From Balanoglossus misakiensis (Eukaryota; Animalia; Hemichordata): a DNA stretch of 64,000 nt. The notes below the pieces were generated by a model. The model made no database searches. It was not told the origin of the DNA and saw only the letters and a program-made list of their open reading frames with translations. The stretch is taken from NCBI GenBank assembly GCA_040954595.2, contig CM082577.2, forward strand, positions 6,188,301 through 6,252,300, in the 5' to 3' direction. A program made the position numbers and the translations under genes. How positions within the stretch are numbered: position 1 is the first letter of the stretch; each line of letters starts with the position of its first letter. Positions 1 to 11,931 of the stretch are shown here, in pieces.

Positions 1-237
1 GTAGTTTGAAGGCTTACTTTCACGGCATCAAATGCAGTGACACAATATGGTTGATTTTTTTTCAGCAAGGTGGTTGTCAGGCATACATTCAGGGAGCACA
101 TGTACAATATATGGAGTTCACTGAAATGAGGGTGAATTGTCACATTGGTCTAACGCCTAATCTGAAAGTACTAGTATGCCTATCATAATTCAGAGGACAA
201 GAGAAAGGGGGAGGACCTGTGAAGCTTTGAAGTTTAC

Positions 238-3200
238 CTTCTCTGTTCTGTATGCTACATTGTGCCAGGTGTAGAGAGATTTGACTCTGTCGTGTAGAGC
301 ATGTGGTTGGAGGGCTTGCCCTGTCTTCTTCCGACTGATTGTTCTTTCCAGAGCTGCTACCAATGCTGTCAAGTGAAATCCACCGGAATTTAGAGGGTGT
401 ATGGATCAAGTTTGCCAGAAGGAATCGCAAAGTGTTTGATGATATTGGCTTACAAGAGAGCTGAAAACGGACTCTGCTGCCAAACAGAGGCCTTCCTCTA
501 CTTTTTTCCTCACCTTCCACTGTGGGTTCTGCCAGCGTTATCAGGTCTTCAGGCAAGACTTCAGGTACACCACCAACTTTTGTGCTGACGACCTGCAGGC
601 TGGATGGATGGAAGGAAAAAAAGAATCTGAGAACTGTTCCATATCCCCTCCCCTGAACATCTGCCAGCAAAAGCAGATTTGACAACACATGAAAACTTCT
701 ATCATCAGAACTTGAGTTTACCTGTCTACACGGCAAAGCAACAAAATATTGATTATGTCCATTTTTGAGATCCTGCAAATCCACATACATGTACATGTGT
801 ACATCCACCCTTTTCTTCACAAAAGAAATTCTCATGCCCAGTTTCTTTTAACCAATCTAAACTAACTGTCTTGATAACTCACGGTGGAACACTTACCCAC
901 AACAAGCAGCCTCCACAATTGCTATGCAAAATGCTTCTGTCAGAGACGTGTTGATGAAAATGTCACCTCTGTTCAAAACCTGTAATATCACACAAAACGG
1001 CACCATCATTTGAGGAATAAATGATGGTCACATAACAAAACCTTGTTGGCCCAGATCTGCATGAACTCACTGACTTTCACTTCCTGTTCATTGACCTTTT
1101 TCACATCACTTCTCTATTCACAAGGGGCTAGTGTGTGATGCGTGTCACCCAAACAATTTTGTGTTCAGAGGTTTATTTTTCATCAAAGGTAACAATGGTA
1201 AAGGAACTAACTAAACACAGCAGGCAACCTTGTCAGATTGCTGTGTGTCACACCACTATCCAGTTGTGTAAGCTTTTAAAAATCATACCAAGGCACACTT
1301 GCCTAGCGACCTCCCCCAAAACCCAGCAGATTTTAGACTTACATTTCTCACTTTGCTGTGATCAACGGCGCCTAACATTTCAACTCTGTCGTGCAGCTGA
1401 TACTTCTCGCGGACTTCCTCTAAATCAAGTCTTTTCGGCCCACCGCCACCTTGTAAAGGAAAAACAAATTTTGTTGGTCAGCAATAGTATTGACAATGCC
1501 TTCTGTTATGTTGTTTTATAATTTTCAGTTATTTGAGAGGGTGAAAAAAATCGAGTTTCCGTTACCGGTAGACAAGACCCGTTTTCATCATCAGCCAATG
1601 ACAGTATTGAGGGAATAATGGTAGCCAAACAGGTTTATTGTTCCCTACCTATAATAAAATCTACATCTGGATGCCTTGAGCAGATTATTGGAATGATGCC
1701 AGCCAGTAGATCCATGCCCTTCCTGTAGACCAGACGGCTGACTATTACAATAACAACTGAAATGATAAAAAATACATACATGTCATAATTTACTGTTCTC
1801 TGCAGAGAATTTAAATTTACCTTCATGACGAGAGCAATTTTTTTCTTCAAAACCTTCAACTGTCTGCACACCCAAAATTTACAGCATTTTATCGTCCAAC
1901 ATACTACCTACTATACACTGGGTACTTGTGATACTAGTATTGAGTGATCTATTTTGATCAAGTATTGTCCCTGCAATCTGGGGATAAAAAACCTGGACAC
2001 ACCTCTGTCTGTGTTTCGTTTTGTCACATCAGGTGTGAAGATGGTGGCATCCACTGCATTAGGAATGACTGACACCACACTGGGATTCAGACGAGCTCTC
2101 AAAACTGTGTTTTCTTTGCTGCAAGTGAAAAACATATACGACCAGAAATTACAGCACACAAAATTGTACATAAAGAGGCCAAGTTTTTCGTTTTTATAAT
2201 AAAATGTTTCTGGTTGTAAACTGACCCAAAGTGTGATGTTATCGGTCATGTGTCTGTCTCCATGGTCATCATTGACCATATATGGAGACGGGTGTAGTCA
2301 TCAGTGACCCTATAAGGAAATAGGCATACCTTGTATGGGATACACATATGGCGTGATTGACATCAGCCATTGAGATTTTGAGAACCTTATTGGTTATTAT
2401 GGAGCTGGCGTCGGCAAAGCCAAATAAGGAGTGGTCGGTGAAGACTGTCTTGATGCCCATCATCCTGGCATGGAACATGGCTTCATGCGCCAAACTGGAA
2501 AACGCCTGACGTGAAGAAGAAAAAACATTGAGGGTAGTGTCTAACGAAATTTTTCAATTTCAGAAATATTGATCTTTTCACACTTCATGTACTGTTTTGA
2601 TTTGCTGGAAGAAAACAAAGCAAACTCTCTGCTCTCCCGAGCCCCTTGCCAACTCTGGAGTCCAAAAGCTCAAGACTGGCATCACATTGGGGGAATAATA
2701 CAAGTGTTGATGCCCCTGATTGGGAACTCACCGAGTGACCATGCACAATGTCCACCTGTTCTCGGATGCATATATACCTTATCAAGGGAAGTGTTGTAAA
2801 CAATGTTGGAAGAATACACTGGTTGTAAAACGGCATAAATGGCAAGTAGTAGACCTGAAAACAATCAAGAAAATAGAAATGAGTGGTACACATGATACAT
2901 GTAACCTTTTTAATTTCAAGAAAGTAAAACTGCAAAGTATTTTTCCTGATTCTCCGATAAAAGTAACACTATCAATATCACCATCATTCTGTCGTACTTA
3001 CTTTTAAATTATTTGTCATATATCTGATTCCACTTCTGTTGCCATAGGCATGGGTAACAACAATGACCTGGCAGTATAAATAAAGAAAACTGGTGTTGGA
3101 ATTGTCCATTAAATAAATGAAATATATGTAAAATAATTTTATGAAAAGAACACTGAACCTCATGATGAATGATATCAACTCTCTTACAAAAGTTACAGTT

Positions 3201-3469
3201 CTGGCATTCTGTGAAGTTATTAAAATGTACAACACAAGTTTTAGCCTGATGATAGTCATCAAGTCGTTCTTTTCTGACATGGCAGTCCAGGTTGTAATTA
3301 TTGATTGGAGATAGGTATCCTACCTTATGCCCTTTTTGAATTAAGCATTGTGACAGCTGATAAATATGGCTTTCTACTCCACCAGTGTTTGGGAAGAAAA
3401 AGTCGGACACCATGCTGAAATCAGAGAAATACCATTAATCAAGGATTGATGAATGGATGGATGGATGGA

Positions 3470-3515
<46 letters not shown>

Positions 3516-3959
3516 GTTTTATTCATTTTATAAATCTTTTAATTCCAATTATCCCAAACGCGAACCCAGTAACCACACAGTCATCTGTACCTGGCCAGTC
3601 CGGTGCGTCATGTCCCTATGGCAGCAGGCAGGTCCCGTATGTCCAACTGCCCAGGTAAGGGGAGAACCATTTGATTTCTGGGGGGTGGGTGGAGGATTGG
3701 GGTGGGGTGTTGGCAGACGATCGTGCGGATGAAAAATATTCTTCTTCGATGCTTTGAGAAAAAAGTAGGACTGGCAAAAATCTTGACATACACAAATTCT
3801 CTATCCCCTCTACAAATCAAGTGGTTCCGCCCTAACAAGCGAATGTGCAGAAAACCCTTAAAGAGTGCCAAGTACATCACTGTTGTGGCCCGCTTCTAAA
3901 CTGAAAATAAAACAAACGACTCACCATATGCAGTACTTGTTCCCAGGTTCCCCACTCAT
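238..3959 (-). CDS. PIGA: Phosphatidylinositol N-acetylglucosaminyltransferase subunit A (GPI synthesis); spliced, 3' end beyond the left edge
   Basis: Approx. exons 3959-3925 ([12 protein letters not shown]), 3414-3324 ([25 protein letters not shown]), 3067-3002 (VIVVTHAYG), 2854-2732, 2505-2330 ([13 protein letters not shown]), 2118-2003, 1756-1649 ([13 protein letters not shown]), ~1450-1343, ~979-896 ([16 protein letters not shown]), ~598-513 ([14 protein letters not shown]), ~366-238. GT-AG junctions; motifs match PIG-A/GPI3. Confidence 0.95.
3444..3515. repeat. Compound microsatellite (GATG)n-(GAT)n in PIGA intron 1
   Basis: Directly visible; source of the spurious poly-M/poly-D ORFs. 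Confidence 0.95.
3659..3832. mobile_element. PIF/Harbinger (Tourist-like) MITE, ~174 bp
   Basis: TIRs GGGGAGAACCATTTGATTT and AAATCAAGTGGTTCCGCCC match at 16/19; TAA on both sides (3656-58, 3833-35). Confidence 0.7.
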
Positions 3960-4269
3960 TTTAAAGAGTTCCTGTGGCCTGTGGGTAGCTGATAATTTTA
4001 AAACATGTTTAGCAACGCTGCAGCGCCTATCTAAAATGATTCAGTGGAGGCCGCCATCTTTGATGAGAGGGCGCTGTTAGCAACAACGAACAAACAAACT
4101 TTTGCCGTCAGCTTGCCAATGGGCCACGCAAGCAATCGCCTGTGTTTTTGTCGGCGGATCAGGAAAGCTGTCATCGCGGAAGGGACCAGGGAGATTCGGG
4201 AGAATCTCATTCCAGCGTGGTGGTACCATAGGTGAAAATGTGTTGACCGGCGTGGATTTGACCACGAGC
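3960..4269. promoter_or_regulatory. Bidirectional promoter/5'UTRs of PIGA and CANT1
   Basis: Start codons ~310 bp apart and divergent; CpG-richer; YY1-like CCGCCATCTT at 4051-4060. Confidence 0.7.
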
Positions 4270-7200
4270 ATGCTGAATAACTCCGTCAATATGCGCTACC
4301 CGGGCTCGAATACGACGCTCCGATTGCGGCCCCGGCTCGTGATCGTAGCAGTGGCGACGTCGGTCCTCTTCCTGACTATCCTCGTCCTGTCGAGCGGTAG
4401 GAGCAAAGTCGAGCGGCACAAAACGGCAACGTCAACGGCGACTTCGTTCGGCTCCAAACTGCGCCATGGCACGCGGTACAACTCGACGTATCCGCTGAGT
4501 GTCCCCCTGATGACGGCCACTGGTTACAAGTACCGCATAGGTGTCATCTCTGACCTGGACCACTCCTCCAAGGTCAAAGACCAGGACAACACTTGGGAGA
4601 GCTACTTTAAACGTGGCTATCTCACAATTAATAACCACAGGGACCAAGTCCACGTAGAGTGGGACGACGAGGTGGTGGAGCTGAAATCTGGCCTGGCGCA
4701 GGGGGGACGTTCTATGGAATTGTCCGAATTGCAGGTTTTTAACGGTAAACTGTACAGTGTAGATGACAGGACAGGTGTGGTCTATCAAATCGAAGGCGAC
4801 ACTGCAGTACCGTGGGTGATTTTATCGGATGGAGATGGCACAGCAGCTAAAGGTACTTAAATGAGTGTGTGAGTGTCACTGTGTGTGTGTGTCAGTCAGT
4901 CCATGGGGCAATCATTGGCTCAAGTCAGGAGGAAGGGGATGTGGTACTGTGTTGTGTTATACCATAGACCCTAGAGGTCTATGGTTGTACACGTTAACAG
5001 TCGGGCTCACTCTACCTATGCATGGTTTTTGCTGTTTTGTATAAAAAGACAGAGCATATCTCTACATCTGATATTGATCAGACAGACGTTGAACCAGCAT
5101 TGTTATCCCTAGTCAAATTTCCTCAGACAGGCACAAACCACATGACTACATGAGTCTTGGCTTCATGCAAATGAAACGATACAACCACAGCATCAGTACC
5201 AGTTAAAAATATTCCCAATTAATTAAAAGTGGGGACACAAAAAAATGACAAAATAGTTTTCGGTGCATAAAAGTCTACCATTCCATCGTTAAACCAGCAA
5301 AATGAAAGACAATTTATATTTAACAGTTCATCTTTTATGCTGTTTCGAGGGATACCATCAGAATTAATGGAATATCAAAAATACTGTTTCATATATTTTT
5401 TCTGATACAGTTTTGTGAACCCTAGTTAAGAAATATAGGAATTAAGACAAACATTTTTACATCTGAAATATTTTTTAAAACTTCTCAGATGCTCTTTTGC
5501 TAAAAGTTCAATAAAAGGGTATTTTTCTAATGTTAAAGTGTACTACAGTTGTATTACTTATAAATTGAAATTCATAACGTGATACAAAATGTGAAATGAT
5601 TTATTACGTGTCTTTTTTCAATTACATGTATATCAATCATAGTTTTTTAAATTGCTTTTATTAATACATGTACACAGAGAAAAATGCTGGTAAAGAAAGT
5701 ATTTTACACAAAGAAAGCATTTCAAGAGAAAATTAGCAAAACGATATTATGAACACTATTGGTTATGGACTGAGCAAGGGATTTTTTCAGAAATATTCAC
5801 TTTTCCTTTAAATAGACAACAAAGAAATGCTTCGAGTAGAAGTATTTGCTAAAACTTTCGCTGCCACCACCTTAAAAGGGCGTGTCCGCGGTTCTGAGAA
5901 GAATAGTGATTTTTATGCTACGTGGCGGGCAAGTGAATGGAAACTACAAGCTTTATTGTTATTATCCAAACAGGGGTAATTGTCAAGTCACTCCACGAGA
6001 TATTTGAGCCCGGCCATCTTTGCATAAATGATGGAGTTGTGAATGGAGGGAGGTTAAAACATTGCATAAAAGAGGCCATTTTAAAACATTTTCATAGAAA
6101 ATCTGGTCAGGGTGTCCTTTTATGTCTGTTCTATTATGTAACAGATGTACAATTGTGAGTCACTGTGGCATTCCCTGAATGGGGGCTCTGCATGCATCTG
6201 TGAAATGTTACTCTTCTCTCTCGTAGTCCCCTTTCAGACTGCACCATGCTAAGATCACCGATCATAACTCGCCAAACTACTACAAATTCTAGCCAACCAC
6301 TATTGTGTTAAAAGCTGAAATTTCATCTCCCAGGGAAATTCTGAAATGAATCCGATACTCAACAATTCTTTTTGTGAACACACATGGGGAGAAGCAATGC
6401 TGAAGTCACTGATCAGCTGATTAGTAATCTATGGGCTGAACGAAAAAGAATGACATGCCTTTGAAATAATTTGGGACCAGTTCAGAATTTTCTGGCTATG
6501 AATGGAATTTGAGGTATTGATATTAACAGGGCTGGGGAGTATCTGATGTTTCACTTTGTTCGTAACTAAATGTCACAAGCTGTTGAAAATTCTATCCCTA
6601 GATAGATGAGATGTTGGACCCCGACAGTTCTGATGGCCATGGGGGAAACCAGGCATTGAGTATTAAATATGAAATTTCAGTTTAGACACCAGCGTTGATA
6701 TTAATAAGGAATTAATCTGTCAGAGTTTAATACGAGGCCAGCTCTGTGTGAGAATTGCAGAATTTAACCCTTTCACCCCCAGTTCCCTTTTTAGAGGTCC
6801 AACCTAACCATGGAAACCAATGGGTTTGGACTGAACCATGGTGGTGAAAGGGTTATAAAAAAAATGGCAGTCACTGTCTTTGCATGTGAATGATATTGCA
6901 AACATTTTGTAGGCCGCATGGTAGTAAAGAGGCAACATATGCTCTGACTCCTATATGTCATATTAATCTCCTTTTTGTGTTATTATAGTGTTCAAAAAGA
7001 GCATATGTGTGAATTGACGCATGGATGCTAATCTAGCCTTATTTAGTAGCGGGTTTGTATCAAACCCAACTGTGTACGTGAGTGTTTGTTTCTGTTAGAG
7101 GGGCGTGTACAAGATATTCGTGGACACGTCAACACGTCAGGTTGGCTCCAAACAACACAGTGCAATCACCCCCTGTAAGTGGTGTCAGGGAAAATGTTTG

Positions 7201-8724
7201 CTTTGGTCAGGTAAAATACTCTGGTAACTTGTAAGGGCAGATGTTTGTTAGTGGTGGGCGGCCACATAGGTGGTTTTTAAACTCAGTCCCTCTAGGACAT
7301 CATTGATTATTTTAGTTTATCCTAAATTTAACCAAACTGAGAGAATGTCATCATCGCGTAATTTGAGTCCTGGCCACAGAGGATGTGGCAGTGATCAACA
7401 ATGTTAGACCCAGTTTTGAATTGCTAACATTCACAGGGGCAGAGACCCCTTCCAATCTATTATTTCTTGTCTCGAATACCAAAGAATTTGATACGTGGAG
7501 ATTTCTACATTTCACGGACATGCTGGCATATCTGAAAAGGAGTTGTAACTGTTTTTCGGGGGGGGGGGGGGGGGGGGTCAGTGTTTATGCGAGGGACTGT
7601 TTGATTCAACAGCTATTTTACTCCTATGAGTGAGGCTGCTGCTGTGAAAAGCATGACAATTCACACTAGTTTTTCCTACCTAACTGATTCTGACACTAAA
7701 AGCACTGCATTTAAAATCGACCATTCCGTATGTGACATCCTGTATTTCCTGGATTTAGTTTACACAACGTCACGCACACATCTGGTGTTTAATCCCATAA
7801 TACCCACCCTTTATTGCAAACACACGTCATAATTGTGTTCACCTTTACCATTTCCCCAACCCTCACTAGGATTCAAAGGGGAATGGATGTTGGTGAAGGA
7901 TCACGTGTTGCTGGTGGGCGGTCTCGGCAAGGAGTGGACAACCATCACCGGAGAGCTGGTCAACCTCAATCCGCAGTGGGTCAAAGCCGTCACTCCAGAT
8001 GGCGCTGTTCACCACCTGAATTGGGTCGACAACTACAACGCCATGAGGAAGTTTGCCGGTTACGAGTGGCCAGGTGGGTGTGGATTTCCAGTGGGTATCT
8101 GTAGTGCCTCCCCCCTCCCCTGCACAGAAATGGTAGAACCCAAGCAATACAGTTCTGCACACATTGCGCTGATATCGCTGTACAGAAATCTTGATTTCCT
8201 CGAATGTCAGAACAACAATCACTTTGAAATCGTCAGAACTTACTTTTTATGACTACTGTGGTGTCAGTTGTGATTTTCACTGTGGACAGATTCTTTCCCT
8301 TCAACTCAAAGTACACAGCTTGCAAATTCTGTCATTTGGATTTATTCCAGGATACATGATCCACGAGTCTGGCCTGTGGAGCGACTTCCACCAGCGATGG
8401 TTTTTCCTTCCCCGTCGCGCCAGCACCGAGCGGTACGAAGAAGAAGCCGACGAAAAGCGGGCCACAAACATCATCATCAGCTGCACGGAAACCTTTTCGA
8501 ACTGTAACGTTCGCCGCATTGGTGCCTTACACTTGACCCATGGGTTCTCCTCATTCAAGTTCGTCCCCGGGACGGACGATTCAGTAATCGTCGCTCTGAA
8601 AACCGAGGAGGACGGCGAAAAAGTTGCCAGCTATATTTATGTTTTTAATATAAATGGACAGATTATTTTAAAAGAAACAAAAATTGCAGATGGGATGAAA
8701 TATGAAGGCATAGAATTCATTTGA
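4270..8724 (+). CDS. CANT1: Calcium-activated nucleotidase 1 (Cimex-type apyrase), ~386 aa, 3 exons
   Basis: Exons 4270-4852, 7870-8073 and 8351-8724 total 1161 nt in frame. RLRPR precedes a signal-anchor; motifs [45 protein letters not shown] and C-terminal KYEGIEFI. Start ATG could instead be 4291. Confidence 0.95.
4956..4990. mobile_element. 21-bp palindromic insert in a near-perfect 7-bp direct repeat (possible transposon footprint)
   Basis: GTTATAC-[CATAGACCCTAGAGGTCTATG]-GTTGTAC. Confidence 0.5.
6764..6856. mobile_element. piggyBac-like ~85-bp MITE
   Basis: TTAA-CCCTTTCACC...GGTGAAAGGG-TTAT; related copies near 35.9, 38.2 and 42.0 kb. Confidence 0.65.
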
Positions 8725-11700
8725 AAAAAAAAAAAATTATATTTTGTACAGAAGGAAATCTTATGCAATTTCGTACAGGAGATGGCTAGGGGGGCCATTG
8801 GTGACCTTGTAGGGAGCCCTCGTGTGACACAATTTTGAGAGGTGGACGTGGTGGAGGGTACAGGTTTTGCAGTGATGATCCAGGGTGGAAGATTACTGTG
8901 CTCGGGGAAACTTCGCAAGCAATCTTTTCGGAAATGTTTATTCTTAATAATAAATGCCAAACCAGTCCAAGGTTTGTTCACAGTTGCCAGTGAAATCATC
9001 GGCCAGCATTGTATTTTCAGGAAGAAGTAATATCTCGCTGAACAGGCAATATGAAAAATTACTGGATTCAAGATCATGCTCTCTCTCCATACAAAATTTC
9101 TCGTGGTGCTGTGTTATGTCGTCTGCTGTGCTGAACTATATCTGCTGAACACAAAACTGGATCAAACCAGATCACGCTATACTGGAAGATGCCAGAATAT
9201 ATGACCTTCTTATTTATAGGAAAAATGGCTGCTGGGGGGGGGGGGAATTGTTAGCACAAATTTTAGAGAGGAAGAGTACCGGGTAATGATTTTGTGTTGC
9301 ACCAACAGGGTATAAAGAATACAATACAACTGTGTTTCAGAATGAGTATCGGGATGAACTGTGTATGCACAGGGGTGCAACTTTAGAGTTTTCTGCCGCG
9401 CATCTTCTATTATTCTTATATACAGACAGCATTGCATGACCAACAATTGGATCTCGTGGCTCACCACAGAATGGTTTTATCCATACGGCATGTACAGTTG
9501 ATTTTTTACATTAAAATGGTGGGTTGAACCTATTGCTGCAATGAAGAAGTTTGTATGATTTGTGAGGTGTATAGATCTTTATGTAACTTGACAGGAAAAC
9601 TTGTGTTCGTCATACAAGATCATTTGCATGTTGCAGCGTGTGTTCACCTGGTAAATCTGATTAAAATCAGATGCAGAGACATACACGTTATGTTGATGTG
9701 CAATTTAAACTTGAAGGATAGAGGACCCTAATGAAAATATGCCCATGGTGTTAAGGACAACTGTAAACTAATAGCCAAGTTTTTAAAGATGGAATAAAGT
9801 GTTGATGAATTGAACGTCAAGATCCCAAAGAAAGATGTTTGTTTGTTGTTGTTGTTGTTGTTTTTGTGTGTGTTTTTTTTTTTGGGGGGGGGGGGGGGCT
9901 TTTGATAACACATTGAAGAAATCAAACCTGACCTGACAATACAAATGACACAACTGCTTATCACACTGCTGTTTCCACTGTTCATCAAAAAACGCCATTT
10001 GTGCAAGTTTGGTAATTTCAAAGATTTCACGTTTTATTTATTCGATGCTCACATTAGAGCTCCACATCTATAATTGACAACAACTGAAAAGTTACAGTGA
10101 CCCTACCAGGCACCTGCACACAATGACAGGGTACCAACCTCGGCCACCACACGTCGGGCTTCCAGACCTATGAAAATATAGGCAACATTTGAAAACACAA
10201 CTGAAAATAAAGACGTTGATAAAACCAAACTGAGCAACCACTGGTTCAATCATGGACTTTTCTACTGTCCAGTGATTGCTGTGTTTTGTATCACTATAGT
10301 TTAATTAATAATAAATGTACTGCATTAACGAACATTTGAAGAAAAAAATATCACTGACCCAAACAAGGGCTTGTGGACTTGTTACGCCTTGCATGAAACT
10401 CAAGCTTGTAAATAACAAAATATATTCACTTCTTTCAAATAATTGTGGAGGGGTAAAAATTATGGAATTGAAAAACTCCTTTCCTGTTGACTTCTCTCCT
10501 GTGCAATTAACCAGTACAGTACATGTACACCAAAGTGAAATTATTCACAAGTCATATCCTTCCTAAAGTTGATAGGAAGTCTTTCTATCAACTTTCACCT
10601 TCCCCAACTGACAAGAAAATCCTATCTTTAACGAAAATATGCATCTTCTAGCACCCCCCCCCAAAAAAAAAAAAAAATTGAAGAAAATCAAGTTTGGTAT
10701 AATATAGCCATGATTATTTTTTTGTTTTGTTAGAGCATGATTATTGTTAAGTGTTGTGTATTACTGGTAAATATAAAATTACTTGCTTCAAACAAATGAT
10801 AAATGATGTCATAAGTCAAAGGAGTGAATGTCAACAATGAAGATTTACTGGCAAATGCATATTTTTTAGGTCTTCTTCTGACAAGCTACTGTTGATTAAA
10901 AAGGTATTTCAATAGAAGGGGGGGGGAGTTACAATCCTGTTATTTGAATATTTCGCAACAGGAAAAACACACTTTGTGATCTGTCCTATGACCATTTTTT
11001 CTTCAGGTTTTTCATCCGAAATAAGTGCAGGTCACCCCAAAATTGCCCTATGGTTGGTGTGCAAGTGTGAGCATATGCACACGCTTGCATTGTCACCATT
11101 ATTCAACAAGGGACTGCAGAAACGATCAGCGTTTCTCCTTAGAAATAAGAGAACAAGGACAAAACCTGTATCTGAAATCAAAAAAATTTGTGCGTTGAGT
11201 GCAATAAGACCGCCAAAAATGTTAAAAGGTAAAAGACATAAATTGCAAAGTAGTTTGCATTGAGATTGAAATTGTCAGTCTACTACACTGCCCTCTAGTG
11301 TCCCCTTCTGGATATCCCAAATTGGTTTCCCAGAAGACACTGCAGTACGCCAGGACAAACATTGGGCATGTCTCTGCATATACGCAAATGTGGTTTGATC
11401 CAATTATAGAAAACTATGAGGTAGACTTTCTAAAAGAAATTTTAATGTACATGTCTATAAGTTTCAATTGTCTGCAATTTTCTCAATTAAAATGGCGTCA
11501 TACACAATCTCATTTGTGCTTGTAGCCAGACAACACATTGTGGGGATTACAGCCGAAAATTATGCAAACGCAAGCTGACAGGGCTTAAGTAATATGAAAT
11601 AAACATAACTCGATAGTCAAAGTTAACAACGCATGTCATTTTCTGTTTCCAGCTGTTTCTACAACCATGAAACTGTCACAAATTAAAGAGAGAAGACATC

Positions 11701-11931
11701 ACTTGTCAACACACAGAAGCAAATTGAATATACCAAAAAAAAAAATGTTTGAGTTAATCAGACATATTGATTCTTTGCATGACTTTATTAGCACTTATTG
11801 AGGGTACAATCTAGTTGTCTCATGAGGAGTTTCCGCCGTGAACCAGTGACAAAATGTCCGTACATTAACAGTCTTATCTTTGCAGGGGTTTCCGTTGAAG
11901 TCGGGGGGAAGGTCGATTCAAGGTCAGCCTA

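Noticed and set aside
3446-3732. Poly-Met/poly-Asp ORFs
   Set aside because: Translation of a GAT microsatellite and a MITE in PIGA intron 1.
11548-11566. TACAGCCGAAAATTATG resembles the end of the 449-bp element
   Set aside because: Similarity ends after ~17 bp and no partner TIR was found.
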